Shown piece by piece: positions 34,228 to 46,975 of a DNA stretch of 64,000 nt (position 1 is the stretch's first letter; each line of letters starts with the position of its first letter). Position numbers and translations under genes: made by a program. The notes under the pieces were generated by a model. It did not search any database, was not told the DNA's origin, and saw only the letters and a list, made by a program, of their open reading frames with translations. Origin of the DNA: Takakia lepidozioides (lineage: Eukaryota; Plantae; Bryophyta); contig CM060732.1 in the NCBI GenBank assembly GCA_030704615.1, forward strand, positions 3,348,001 to 3,412,000. Reading direction: 5' to 3'.

Positions 34228-37200
34228 TAATCTTCCGGCAAGCCTTCCGGATCTTCGTTTTGGAGTGCAGTCTCGCCCCTGTACCACCAACAGGGGCTGC
34301 TTTCTATTAAAGCATCGGCACCACATTGTCCGTCCCGATTTGACTGGATATCCACGTCTCGACACCGCCACAAAGATCTTGCCACATAAGTTGTTTGGGG
34401 ACAACTTGGCTGCGTGGCAAATACTTTAATGTGCATTGGCCGTGAACACTTCACTGGGTTGTAATCAACATAGTGGCGCCAAAGCTCGAGGCAATGACCA
34501 CCGCTCATCTCTTTTTGTGCGTCGGCCACCGTCGCTCACTTCATTCAATTTCTTACTTTCGTAAGCCATTGGACGTCCATCTGCATAAGTACACCCCAAT
34601 CGCGGAGTCCGACGCATCTGTATGAATCTCAAATGGACGACGAACTCACGGGCTTTTTTTCACAAGATCTGAGTTCCGCCATCCGCTGCTTCAATTCAGC
34701 AAAAGCTTGGCCACAAATGTATTCCATACCCAGACTTTGGATTTACACAGAAGGTCCGACAGCGGCCCCGCGATCCTGGCAAAATTTCTCACATACTTCC
34801 GGTAATAGGAGGCGAGTCCTAGGAAGGATCGCACTCCCGGGACCGAAGTCGGAGGCTCCCAGTCCAAGATCGCCCTCACCTTTCTGTCATCCATTTTGAT
34901 CCCATCCTGTGTAATCACATGCCCCAAGAACTCCACTTTAGTGACCCCGAATCGCACTTTGAAGCTTTGGCATACAGCTTCCCTTCTCGCAATTTTGGAA
35001 CACCCTTTTGAGGTGCTCCAGGTGCTCTCATTTGTTTCGAGTACACCAAGATGTCGTCGATGTACACGATCACAAAGTCATCCAACACTCCTGAAAAGGC
35101 TGTTCATCAGCGTGCTAAATGTCGTGGTGCATTGGTGAGCCCAAAAGGCATCACAAGAACTCATATGAACCATACCTTGTCCTGCACGCGGTCGTCTTCC
35201 TCATCTCCTTCCGCCACCCGAATTTGATGATAGCCGGAGCGCAAGTCGATCCGGCTGAAATACTTCGCTCTGCCAACCGATCGAAGAGGTCGTCGATCCT
35301 TGGCAGAAGGGTACCGGTTTTTGATAGTCACCTTATTCAGAGCCCTGTAATCGACACACATCCGCAGCGTCCCATCCTTCTTGTCTGCGAATAGCACCGG
35401 GGCTCCGTAAGGTGACTTACTCGGCCGGATGTACCCCTTTGACATTAGATCCTTGAGCTGAGTCTTCAGCTCGACCAACTCCTGTGGCTCAACCGGTGAG
35501 GGTGCCTTGGCAGGCGGTTCCGTTCCCGGTATCACCTCAATCTTGTGGTCAACTCCTCTTCGCGGTGGCAAGCCGCTTGGTAAATCCTCCGGCATCACAT
35601 CCTGGTATTTCTCCAAAATCCCCTTGATCCAATCTGGGCTCGGTTCCCCATCGCCTTCTCCCTTCACTTCTCTAATGTAAAGCAAAAACTGGGGTTCGTG
35701 TGCCTCCTCCACGGCCCACTCCCTTGCTGACAGAAGGTTTATTCGCCCTCCCACGGATTTGGGCGTTTTCCGACACTCGTAAGACCTCCCACCATTCCCA
35801 CATGGCAGCGTGACTACTCTCTTGCGGCCATCTATGACCGCTCCGGATTTGCTCAAAAGGTCATCCCAAAATGAGATCTACTCCATCGATCTCGCAGATG
35901 GTGAAGTTCTCACGTCCCTCCCAACTCCCCAGTTGAAGAGGAACATCAAACGCCAACCTTGTTGCCAACTGTGGTTCTCCTTGGCAGAACGCACCTCAAT
36001 AGAGGCCCCCACGTCACTTGTCGGGAGTCCCAGCTTTTGTACCGTTGTCGGTGTCATGAAGGAGTGCGACGCTCATATGTCCACCAACAACGACACATTA
36101 GTTCCGGATATTATCCCATCCACGAACAATAACTGACTCCCTTTTCGTAAGGCGCCAGTTTCCTGATACAACTCACAAGAAAATTTGCCTACCTTGCAAG
36201 TCCTGGCGACCACCGCTTCCACCAAGCGACTGATGGTATCTTCCGACAGCTCCGTGGTCGCCCGAGTCATGTTCAATTGCCGGGGCTTCGTGCACTTCTT
36301 GGCCATGTGCCCGGGCTCCCGCAATTGAAAACACACTCCATCAAAGGTCGCCTTCTGTCCGCCATAAGCCGCTCCACCCGCTTTTACTTTCGAAGCACCG
36401 GGTGCCGCCTTGACGTGTGAAGGCCCTCCTTTCGATTTCCACGTGCCATTGTCACCGCGTGGCCTATCCCACTTCTTTTCCGGTCGGAAGGAGTCACCTT
36501 CCCGCCGGGTCTTCTTGTGGTTCAGCTCTGTACGGCCTTGTCTCTCACCCCTAGGGACATCCGAGAAACATTCAGCCCTCTCAATTGCCTCGTTCAAAGT
36601 CTTGGGTGGCTTCTCCTCCAACTTCCGCCTGGCCCATGGGGCCAGTCCCGCCACAAAGTTGAAGACCATTTCTGGTTCTGCCATGTCCGTGACTTTGAGC
36701 AACAGCACATTGAAAGCCTAGACATACCCCCGAATGTCATCTGTTTGCTTCAAATTCCTCATCTTGTCCCGGGCAAGCCAGGACGCATTGAGGGGCACAA
36801 ACTGTCTCTTCGTCAATTCCTTGAACCCACTCCAGTTCAAGGTTTCCGGGCTTGGACCTCGGTCGTGAAGGCGTTTCTGCCACCATTGTTGAGCATAGCC
36901 CCTCAAATAGGTGGGAGCCACTTCCACCCGATCCTCGTTACTCAACTTGATCGCCCGGAAGTACTGCTCTAGCTCCAGGAGCTAGGTGTTCAGTGCCTTC
37001 CGATTTCGGACGCCCTCGAAGGTGCCGGGTTCCTTAGGCTTCACCTTAAACTTTGCCTTAGTGGAAGTGGCATTAGCCGCCTTCAACACGTCTTTCAACG
37101 TCCCGCCAAATTGCGCCAACAACCCTTCCCAAAAGGCTGCCGGCATGGGAGGCATCTCTTGGTTTGTCGGAGCTCTCAAGGATTCCTCGGGCTCCGACTC

Positions 37201-37394
37201 CTCGGATTCCTCCCGCTCTTGAGCGGCCTTGTTTTTGGAAACATGCATCGCTTCCTCAAACGGCCGCCTCGGTGACACGTCGCCCCCATCGGGCTCACCA
37301 GGATCATCATCTTTTGGGCCGTTCCGCTTTCGCTTCGGCTTGCCCGACCCCATGATGAGGCCAATCCCAAGGACGATCGCGTACTGAACTCTAA

Positions 37395-37406
37395 GCTCTG
37401 ATACCA
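37395..37406 (-). promoter_or_regulatory. Primer binding site, tRNA-Met(i) type
   Basis: TGGTATCAGAGC on the minus strand, 2 nt from the LTR end. Confidence 0.85.
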
Positions 37407-38134
37407 AGTGTCGCGCACCTCCCTTCGGTAAGCTCCCCTTCACGTCATAGTTACTCGCTTTGATGCGCGCGCCTGACTCCCAACCTGGCCGCCGGGCCAA
37501 CTTGGAGCTTCGGCTGCTCACCGGGACATAACGGTCCCCCTTCGCTCCCCACTAAACCCTCCACCTATTTGGGACTAGTGGAATTCCCTTTTGGTAGATG
37601 GCAGTCCGGAACAGCTCCCCACTCTTTGGTCGCTTTCCGGCTCGCTCGCTTACTCACTAGATTTTGGTCACCAACAGGCTTGCACCGTTCTTGGGGTTAC
37701 TACTCCCTATATATACTTCTGTAGCTGTCCGCGGGGGTTTCACAACCAGCCATGCCATTTTATGGCGAACCACCACGAAAACCCTCGACTCCCGGTGATG
37801 AGTCGCGGTGAGTCTTGGCCCGCTCACCACGGCCCCTATGGACCGTGATGAGTCCCAAGACTCCCCACGACTCCCACCACGAGGTCTCCGCCCCCATGGT
37901 GAGTCCTATGCCACCCCCACTAAGTCCCGCTAAGCTACCACCACCCCTTGTGGAGCCACCCCCACCGCAACCCGGTGTGCGGGGCTCCACCTAGTGAGCG
38001 CCTCCGCCTCCTTGAGTGCCTTGGGCACTCAAGGGTGCTTCAGCCCCCCATATCTATCGCTGCCGCTGCCCCCACCATAGGGGCAGCCCCTCATGTGTCC
38101 CGACCCCCTGCCCTCAAGGCAAAGGGCCGCGACA

Positions 38135-40184
38135 TCCGTGCTATCGGGTTTCCCTCTGCTCATCCTTCCCCAATTTCCAGTAATCTTTCCACTTGAATCG
38201 AATGTAACGCTTCTGCATGTTTTTGTTGGCAGTCAAACATGAAGCTGGATTTGGCCCATGCCAAACGCTTCTTCATGGAAAGTGAGGGGCAGGTCAAAAC
38301 GTTGCAGTCATTGATTGAGCACTTGAAAGAAGTCGGGGTCAAGTCCAGAACAAAATACAAGTCAAAGCTTGTGAAGCTGGTGGCCATTGCAGATCTGGCA
38401 CTTGGAAAGGACTTCATCCCCGAGATTGCAAAACATTATTCTCGGGCCATGCAGCCGACCATGCAGTTGGAGAAACTACATCACCTCTCAACGGCATGTG
38501 TTGATGATGTTTCAATGCACTGAAGTTCCTTCCTAGCAATAGCCACTCGTCTTCCTGCTCCTGACATTGGATCGGAAATGGCAGACACGGTGGCTGTCGA
38601 TCTGGAATGCATCGGAGAGTATAAGGACAATGTGGTCTTTTCCACTCAAAGTTTCCGACCCTGCAATGGATGTGTGGCTCAACCGCATGACTTGGTGGTT
38701 CCTAAGTAATTCAAGGTACTTCCCCAAATTTGCTTTTCTGAAATGAATTCCCTGAACTGTTACGTGACAATGCATGTGGGAATCGCAGGTTATGACGAAT
38801 GCGAAGGAGCAAGTCGTAATGCATACAAATTCGTTCGGCTTGTACGTCAAATGGGATGGAACACAGACATTGAAAGACTACGTGACACGTTTCAGATGTG
38901 CTTACAAGGACAACCTCTTTGCCGGGGAGCTGCAGACAGCAAGAAGGAGCGTGGAGTTTACACATCAGGAGGGAGCGGGAAAAGCTGCAATGCGAATTGT
39001 TTACAGGTGAAGCCCAGCTGTCCTTGTATGCGAAGCCTGGTTATGAGGTTTGTCTGGGAAATGCGGCACCGCATTCGCATTTTTAGTTTTCAGTTGCACT
39101 CTGCGGGTACGTTGGTCTCAACATTTGCTCACTGCCCTGCAGGTATATGAAATACGTGCTTCTTCAGACAGGGGCCCTGGCTCAAGAGCCCCCATTCTTC
39201 ATGGCTTCGACCGTGGCGGACCCAAGCTGTGTCTACACACCCGAGATGCAGAAATAATGGCATGCCGCGCATCTGGTTGGATGTCCGTGGTACCTGGACA
39301 TGTCTGGCGGAATCGTTGACGAGTCTGAGAAAGATCTGCATGCGAAAGCAGAAGAGAAGAGAAAGGAAAGATGTGTCCCTGCTCGGCCAGAGTCGGCAAA
39401 GGAAACTGCTACTCTGGAACAATCCAGAAAGGCAGCTGAGATGGCACAGAAGACGGTGGATGTAGCTGTGCAGGCTCAACAGAAGGGGTCCAAGAAGCGG
39501 ACTCGCCGGCAAGGAGGAGCAGTTGTGACACCCAAGAAAACGAAGAAGCAGAAATAGATAGTGCAGGTAGAGGGTGAGGAAGAGGACTCCGATGGAGACT
39601 TTGCAACCAGCCCACCCCCCGAGACGCAGCCAAAATCCCTTGTGCCTACCGTTGTCACGAGAGGGACGAGAACTGGCTCGGCAAAGAAGGCACTCTTCAA
39701 CCCCCCGGGGGGGCACCCTTTCGAGCCGGTGGAAATGAAGAGGCCGAAAGTGGATCCTGATACAGTAGTCCAGTGTGTGAATGAGAGTTTCTTGGCGGCT
39801 TTGGATGGATGGGCAGCCAAGTTGGCATACATGAAGACCATGGAGGGTCTGAAGGGCATAGCACTGAAGAAGGCGGCTGCCGAAGAGCCTTTCGACACCC
39901 CTGGGTTTCTGAAGATGGTCTCGTTCTTTGAGAGGGTGTGTGCAGACAAGGATTGCAGGAAGGGCGGAAATGCCACCAAGTGGTCTTGCGATATGATCAT
40001 CTTGGATATTCTGGACGGAGAGCCTGTGGAAGGACTGCAAGCTTTGCCATCTTGGAACAGGTACTCCGAGGACTTTTGGAAGAAAGGATTCGGGCTCGCC
40101 CGCATGGTGTTGGACGACAGAGGCTGTGTGGTTGTCCTGGCGAGCAGAGGCAAAAACACGCAGACAGGAATTGCGAAGTGGGCC
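38135..40184 (+). pseudogene. Fragment of the family B ParB-MTase cargo gene (middle exons to MTase motif IV), bounded by chromovirus LTRs
   Basis: LAHAKRFFMESE..KYKSKLVKLVAIAD..HYSRA, EPPFF..CPWY and CDMIILDILDG..W..GFGLA..LDD.GCVVVLA align with the A gene. The intron 39007-39142 holds a B-type palindrome. Confidence 0.8.
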
Positions 40185-43100
40185 TGTCGCGCACCTCACT
40201 TCGGTAAGCTCCCATTCAGGTCATAGTTGCTAGCTTGATGCGCGCGCCTAACTCCCAACCTGGCCGCCGGACCAACTTGGAGCTTCGGCTGCTCACCGGG
40301 ACATAATGGTCCCCCTTTGAACTCCCAAAGAACCCTCCACCGATTTGGAACCAGCGGGAATTCCCTTTGGTAGTCGGCAGTCCGGAACAGCTCCCCACTC
40401 TTTGGTCGCTTTCCGGCTCGCTCGCTTACTCACTAGTTTTTGGTCACCAACGGGCTTGCACCGTTCTTGGGGTTACTACTCCCTATATATACTTCTGTAG
40501 CTGTCCGCGGGGGTTTCACAACCAGCCATGCCATTTTATGGCGAACCACCACGAAACCCTCGACTCCCGGTGATGAGTCGCGGTGAGTCTTGGCCCACTC
40601 ACCACGGCCCCTATGGACCGTGATGAGTCCCAAGACTCCCCACGACTCCCACCACGAGGTCTCCGCCCCCATGGTGAGTCCTATGCCACCCCCACTAAGT
40701 CCCGCTAAGCTACCACCACCCCTTGTGGAGCCACCCCCACCGCAACCCGGTGTGCGGGGCTCCACCTAGTGAGCGCCTCCGCCTCCTTGAGTGCCTTGGG
40801 CACTCAAGGGTGCTTCAGCCCCCCATATCTATCGCTGCCGCTGCCCCCACCACAGGGGCAGCCCCTCATGTGTCCCGACCCCCTGCCCTCAAGGCAAAGG
40901 GCCACGACACACACCCCTACCAACAGGGAGTCGATGTCTTCATCGACTTGTCCATTTTGTAGAAACGAACATCCAAGTTGTGGCATCCCACATCAAGGAG
41001 TTTGTTTCCGTACCTTGGCGTCCCATGGCAAAGAACCAAACCCCACACTTGACTCTACTCTCCACTAGCTAGTTCGGCCGACTTCCTCCAAGTCCCGGCC
41101 AGGGGTGGAGCCTCTCAAGCTCCTCCCAGTGCACTCTTCTTGGCCTTCTTCAAGGTCAAGGAACGATCCTCCCCGAGGATCGAATCGCCTTACTGCAACA
41201 ACATTGCTTGCGATCACTCCAGATGCCGCTTTTGGCATCACTTTGCGCAAGGGTTCACCTCGAACCCCCTTTGACTAGGAAGATAACCTTGAACCAACCG
41301 TGCGCCCCAATCACTACAATTGGGTCCGTCTTGGAATGCTGGCCTGAGGTACGGGAACACGTCGAAGCCGCACTACAACTTCGTCCCGAGGCTACACGAT
41401 TATAGTACGTGAACGGAAGCACATAGCTTCCGCGTTAGCCCGCACTACAAGGCAACCACCTCGGTAGCGCAGTTATAGTACGCGCACGCGCCAGGTGCGC
41501 ACTAGCACGTGAACTCCCAAAGAAGGCGCATGTTTCCTTGCCCCTTGGATGGGAGTCACCCGATTTCGGCACTGCACAAACACACGATTAACCCAATTTA
41601 CCTCTCCCACCTTTATAAGCTAGCCTGCATTCTACACACTAGCCAACCACACCATGCATCACCATTCCAAACAAAATAGGACACACAACATTTGGAACCC
41701 ATTTCCTTTATAACAAATTTTTGTACAATACAAGTTTTTGCAATCGGATTCCTGAGCTAGCTAAGCCGGGCTAAGCATGCATTTCCTCCCCCACGCTCCA
41801 AGGTTGATGTCCCCATCAACGCTTCTTCCGCTTTTGAGGTCGCCCTTCGAAAACTGCAACCGCCTCGGATGCGTTTCCCATTTCTGAGGCACGCACCCAA
41901 GATGCCTCCACATGATGATAGCCCTTCCATTTGACGAGATACTCCATTTCTCGGTTCTTGAACCTCCTCGACTGAAGTACTGCCTCCACCTCGTACTCAG
42001 GTTCATTTTCATGATCCAACAGCACACGTGGCGGACGCAACACTTGATGCCAATTCGGACGCGCTTCATATTTGAAGTAAGGCTTCAAAAGGGAGACGTG
42101 AAATACTGGATGCACCTTGCTATTTGTCGGCAGCTCCAATTCATACACATCCTCATTCATAACCTTCCGGATGTGAAAGGGTCCCGCATACGGAGGTACG
42201 AATTTTGGACTCACTTCCGGAGATAGTCGGAAATTCTTGATGTTCAACCAGACCTCCGTGCCTACCTCAAACTTCACTTCCCTCCGCTTCCGATTTGCCT
42301 GCCTTTCATACCGTTTCCTCGCTTTGGCAATGTTGTATTTTGCGAGCTTCAACAAACGCTCGCGTTCTTCCAGTACCGCCGCTACTGCCGGTTCCTCAAC
42401 GTCCTGGGCGGCCCAACTTGTCGGCACCAGAGGTGCTTTTCCATAGACCAATACGAAAGGGGAAACTCCCGTTGCGGAGTGTTCTGTGTTATTATAACAG
42501 AACTCTACCGCGTCTAAGTGTTCCACCCAGTCTGATTGGTCTGCCGACACGTAATTCCGCAAGATCTGCTTCACTACGGAATTCACTCTTTCCGTTTGGC
42601 CGTCCGTCGTAGGTCGGAAGGCGGTGCTCATCTTCAGCCTCGTCCCCATCTTCTTCCAAAGTGTCCTCCAAAATTTACTCGTAAACTTTGGATCGCGGTC
42701 CGAGACAATATCCTTCGGGACTCCATGATGTTTTAAGACGTGGGCGAAGTAAAGTCGCCCTGTCTCTTGCGCCGTTGCCGTCTCCTTGGTGGGGATGAAA
42801 TGGCCCATTTTACTAAACCTATCCACCACCACCATGATTGCATCGAATCCTTTTGACAACGTCATAGCAGTCATGAAATCCATCGAGACGCTTTCCCAAG
42901 TCCCCTCTGGAATCGGCAAGGGTTGTAACAGCCCCGCTTGCTTTTTGTACTCGCTCCGGTTTTGTTGGCATGTGGTGCATGTCTTGACATACTCCTCTGC
43001 CTCCTCCCTCAGTTTGGGCCAGAAATACTCTTTCTTCAAGAGTGCCGCAGTGCGCTTGGCTCCGCCATGCCCCGCAAGCGGGCTATCATGGCATTCTCTC

Positions 43101-43549
43101 AAGAGACTATCTCTGACGCCCTCCCACGGGTTTGGGCGTTTCCGACACTCGTAAGACCTCGCCACCATTCCCACATGGCAGCGTGACTACTCTCTTGCGG
43201 CCATCTATGACCGCTCCGGATTTGCTCAAAAAGGTCATCCCCAAAATGAGATCCACTCCATCGATCTCGCAAATGGTGAAGTTCTCACGTCCTTCCCATT
43301 TCCCCAGTTGAAGAGGGACATCGAACGCCAACTTCGTCGCCAATTGCGGTTCTCCTTTGGCAGAACGCACCTCAATAGAGGCCCCCATGTCACTTGTCGG
43401 GAGTCCCAGCCTATCCCACTTTTTTTCCGGTCTCCGGGCGTCACCTTCCCGCTGGGTCTTCTTGTGGTTCAGCTCCGTACGGCCTTGTCTTTCACCCCTA
43501 GGGACATCCGAGAAACATTCAGCGCTCTCAATTGCCTCATTCAAAGTCT
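40185..43549 (-). mobile_element. Third chromovirus copy: 3' LTR 40185-40909, 3' UTR, IN-chromodomain; internally deleted and 5'-truncated
   Basis: PPT next to the LTR; protease and gag remnants joined to integrase at deletion junctions ~43120 and ~43410. Confidence 0.85.
41816..43174 (-). CDS. Gypsy integrase with C-terminal chromodomain (open reading frame)
   Basis: HHCC (H..GH..C..C), SMDF, SDRD, DGQTE, GPF and chromodomain in one 452-aa ORF. Confidence 0.85.
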   Translation of the reverse strand: MGMVARSYECRKRPNPWEGVRDSLLRECHDSPLAGHGGAKRTAALLKKEYFWPKLREEAEEYVKTCTTCQQNRSEYKKQAGLLQPLPIPEGTWESVSMDFMTAMTLSKGFDAIMVVVDRFSKMGHFIPTKETATAQETGRLYFAHVLKHHGVPKDIVSDRDPKFTSKFWRTLWKKMGTRLKMSTAFRPTTDGQTERVNSVVKQILRNYVSADQSDWVEHLDAVEFCYNNTEHSATGVSPFVLVYGKAPLVPTSWAAQDVEEPAVAAVLEERERLLKLAKYNIAKARKRYERQANRKRREVKFEVGTEVWLNIKNFRLSPEVSPKFVPPYAGPFHIRKVMNEDVYELELPTNSKVHPVFHVSLLKPYFKYEARPNWHQVLRPPRVLLDHENEPEYEVEAVLQSRRFKNREMEYLVKWKGYHHVEASWVRASEMGNASEAVAVFEGRPQKRKKR

Positions 43550-44199
43550 TAGGTCACAGTGCTGCTCATGCAGAATACCCAAGCCCAAAAACCCGGACTG
43601 ACTCTTGCCTCCACCTATGGAAAGGTTTTGGCCTACCGAGAGGGTGGAAAGCTATGGGAAGGAGAGACTAAAGCAATTCCTAAACCCAACATGCCCTCAT
43701 CCCGACACTCTTCATTTCCTCTCTAGCCATACACTAATGTCAAAAAGTGACAGGTGTGTTACAAACAGACAGCTAAGTGATCATCCCTGACTTGAAACAA
43801 CTTCTTCAATAGACCTCAAATAGATGTGGGGAGGATCTAATTTACATTAGAAGAATTATATAGATTTTTGGTCAGGTCCAAAAAACTAAAACCATTCTGT
43901 AGGTCCCTGCGCAAGTTTTGGGTCAAACGGCCTTGGTATGCCAAAGTTATGGCCAAACAGGCTCTATCTAATTTAAATTAGATCAAAGAACGAATTTCTT
44001 TAATTTTTCACACCCAAAACGTTCTCGACATTAAAAGCTGCTCCCAAGTCATCTACGAGTTCCCAACACGTCCATGTAGTTCTCACAGATTCCCTGGATT
44101 TCACCTACCGGTGTTTCAAACATACACCAGTGAACTGCTCTGCTCCAGCCAAGATCTGTAGCTATGCCGACTCCGGGGCTTTGATCCTTCGCATCCACT

Positions 44200-45311
44200 C
44201 CATCTAGCACACCCTTCCATGCCACGCTTGACGTGCACATGCCTCAGGGAAGCAATCTGAACAACTCCAACTTCGACCACCCACAATGAACTCCTTCGCT
44301 CTTCATCAGGGCTGCCAAGCTTCTATTGCAAGCACATGTAAATGAATTATGTGGAGCCTGAGTCACACATCTGCCCCTTCAGTTGATCACTTGTCTATTA
44401 AGGCATTTTCCCACACATAAGTGGGTTATACCCTCCTTCACCTTGCTGTCCCACCACTAGGAGAACTTCATGAGATCAGCCACAACTATCTCATACCCCA
44501 GAGTTGCCCTACATGTGAGGTCCACCAACATTCGGCTGTCCCTTCCATTCACACCTTGCTGGGCATACCCTGTATTAATCACACTCCCTCAGACCAGATT
44601 TCAGCCATGTCATCAGTCGCTCCAACCTTCTCTATGCTGTTGCAACTGACCAGTACAGTGATTAAACAGCTCGAGGTGCTTGCTTCTTGAGATCCCAAAG
44701 CCCATCAGATCTGACCAACATGATCGTAGACATACCCTTTGCCGTCATCCAACAGGTGGAAGCTCAGTCTCCTTTATGTCCTGACCTCAGATTCGCAATC
44801 CGCACACTATCCATTAAATTTGGCCCGAGTCGACTCTTCCTTTCACCACGATCCTCAAGCTCGGCTTGTCCTGGTTCTCCATTTAAAAATACTATTATGT
44901 ATTGACAAGAACAACCTCCAGGGAGTTTGCCAAGCTGGTGTTAAACTATTCCCCCAAGACCAAGAAAATCATACGACGTCACCGTTGCGGCCACTAGACA
45001 GACCACCTTCTTGCTACATTCATGCCCGCATACTCTGCTGGAGCGAATTGATGAGAACCCTATCACTTATCAGACCTCCGCGCTACCCGCATGCCACCAA
45101 ATGAAGACTTGCAAACAAAAACGATCACCTGGCAACGTAACTATGTAGCTTGTTAAGCGACTGTTGAACATATAACGACCAGTTTGCCAAGGTAACAAAC
45201 TCCCCACTGCTATGATCTGCCGAGGATCTTCCCATAATCATCTTTCACACTCCCAGTGCAAGACAACCATGGCCTGGGCTCCCTCCGCTTCTGTTAAATA
45301 TGCGTGCCTGC
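44200..45311 (-). pseudogene. Possible highly decayed LINE endonuclease remnant (target of the Athila-like insertion)
   Basis: Only weak motif echoes on the minus strand (LVLGE*FN resembling GDFN, KSRL, WWD.K.K), with many stops. Confidence 0.25.
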
Positions 45312-46387
45312 TGTTAGAGGACTGTAGGGGACTTAGACACTTATACGGGATCTGTAGGGTACCCTTAATTTTTGCACAGACTGAGACAAACAGGAACCTT
45401 AGGGGTGACAGCAGAGCACTGTAGAAGGGGGTTACACAGCCCACACAGCCAGTCACAGCCCGGCATAGCCACACAGCCAGTCACAGCCCGGCATACCCAC
45501 ACAGCCGACACAGCCGACACAGCCCACACAGCCCGACACAGCCGACACAGCCCACACAGCCCGACACAGCCGTCACAGCCCACACAGCCCACACAGCCGT
45601 CACAGCCAACACAGCCCGTCACAGCCGTCACAGCCCACACAGCCCGTCATAGTCGTCACAGCCCACACAGCCCACACAGCCCGTCACAGTCGTCACAGCA
45701 GACACAGCCCACACAGCCAGTCACAGCCCGGCATAGCCACACAGCCAGTCACAGCCCGACACAGCCAAACACAGCCAGTCACCGCTTGACACAGCTGTCA
45801 CGATAATAGGGAACGAAGAGTAGGACAGGGAACGACTGTGGGGAACAACACCAGAGAAGGGAACATGTTAGTTCACATACGACGGTTAGAGAGGGAAACG
45901 GTTAGAACCGCGGATAGGAGGATAAAGGGAAGAACGGGGATTATGATGAGATCATTATTCGGGGAGGACTTGGGAGTCAGGCGGAAGCGGAGATCGGAGA
46001 GCACGATGAAGGAGGATTAGTAGATGCTTGTTAGATGCAAAGCCGTAGGGATATTGTAGAGGAGAATAGAGATACAATGGCTTCGGCCTGATACCTGATA
46101 AATCATAATCTGATATTTATACGATACAATCACACTGTGTAGAGAGATCTGAGTGAAGCTGTGGATTGAATGGAGGAGTGAAGGAAACTAATACGTAATT
46201 ATCAATGGTAAGGTAGCTAAGATGAATGCGAAAAGGGAAACAAATAGGAAACACCCCCATGATACACTAGCTGTAGGTCATGACTGATTGTTCTGCGCGG
46301 GCTGAGTACTTAGAGATTTCCAACTCTTCTATCTTGGAGTTTCCGCCTCGGATAGCGAAGGGATGGGTGAGTAAAAGCCGCGCGACA
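45312..46387 (+). repeat. 5' LTR containing a CACAGC-based microrepeat (45435-45800)
   Basis: Direct repeat of 60064-61138. Confidence 0.95.
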
Positions 46388-46975
46388 TTTGGCGACCATA
46401 CTGGGGAACTGGGACATGAACAACCAGATGTGACAGGCATCTGGTGGGATCATGGTGGTTGGACCATTAAAGAATTTGAAGTGAATCAAATTCCCTGTGA
46501 AACGAAGGAAGAAAGATTGTCCAAACAGTTCTTTCAAAGGTTCTTGGAATTGCCAGACGGATGTAAAGAAAATATTCTTAAACGAGTGCATGATGCTGAT
46601 CCAGAATGGGGTCTGGAGAAAGGAGTGATAAAGATTTATCAGGTAGCCTGTAGAGGAAGAGCACGTTGGTTACCAACATTGGTTTATGTGATAGCATTGC
46701 TATCCATTAAACGAGTAGAGTTTGAAGGCTGGGAAGAAAGAAAGGTGAATGTTTATACTCATATGCATGAAGAGCTTGTACTGGTAAAGAATTGGATTCC
46801 AAAGGATATTTTGTGGATCAAACTCACACCAAGAACAGCTTTTCAGACTTGTTTGCCATATGGTTATATGGTAACGGAGACTTCAAGTATAGCCAAGGGT
46901 GCATTGAAGCTTGAAAGAAATCCAGGCATATACGAGAGATATTACAGAAGAGAGTTTTGGTTATTGCCACATTAA
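46280..46975 (+). CDS. Extra 5' ORF of unknown function upstream of gag (true start probably downstream of the PBS)
   Basis: 231-aa open frame with ordinary globular composition; no motif recognised. Confidence 0.45.
   Translation: MTDCSARAEYLEISNSSILEFPPRIAKGWVSKSRATFGDHTGELGHEQPDVTGIWWDHGGWTIKEFEVNQIPCETKEERLSKQFFQRFLELPDGCKENILKRVHDADPEWGLEKGVIKIYQVACRGRARWLPTLVYVIALLSIKRVEFEGWEERKVNVYTHMHEELVLVKNWIPKDILWIKLTPRTAFQTCLPYGYMVTETSSIAKGALKLERNPGIYERYYRREFWLLPH
46390..46407 (+). promoter_or_regulatory. Primer binding site TGGCGACCATACTGGGGA (resembles the tRNA-Arg-type PBS of OTA elements)
   Basis: TGG-initiated 18-mer 2 nt after the LTR; tRNA identity inferred. Confidence 0.7.

Larger units (their letters stand above)
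25073..38134 (-). mobile_element. Outer chromovirus-type Ty3/gypsy element (5' LTR 37409-38134, gag-PR-RT-RH 34228-37350, IN-chromodomain ~25346-26760); 3' end cut off by the MULE-B terminus
   Basis: PBS TGGTATCAGAGC next to the LTR; chromodomain EYEVEAVLQSRR..EYLVKWKGY..SW; the pol sequence resumes across the inner element. Confidence 0.85.

Noticed and set aside
37409-40909. An LTR element that transduced the MTase gene fragment between two LTRs
   Set aside because: The PBS lies left of the left LTR and the PPT right of the right LTR, so the two LTRs belong to separate flanking elements. No PBS or PPT lies inside.
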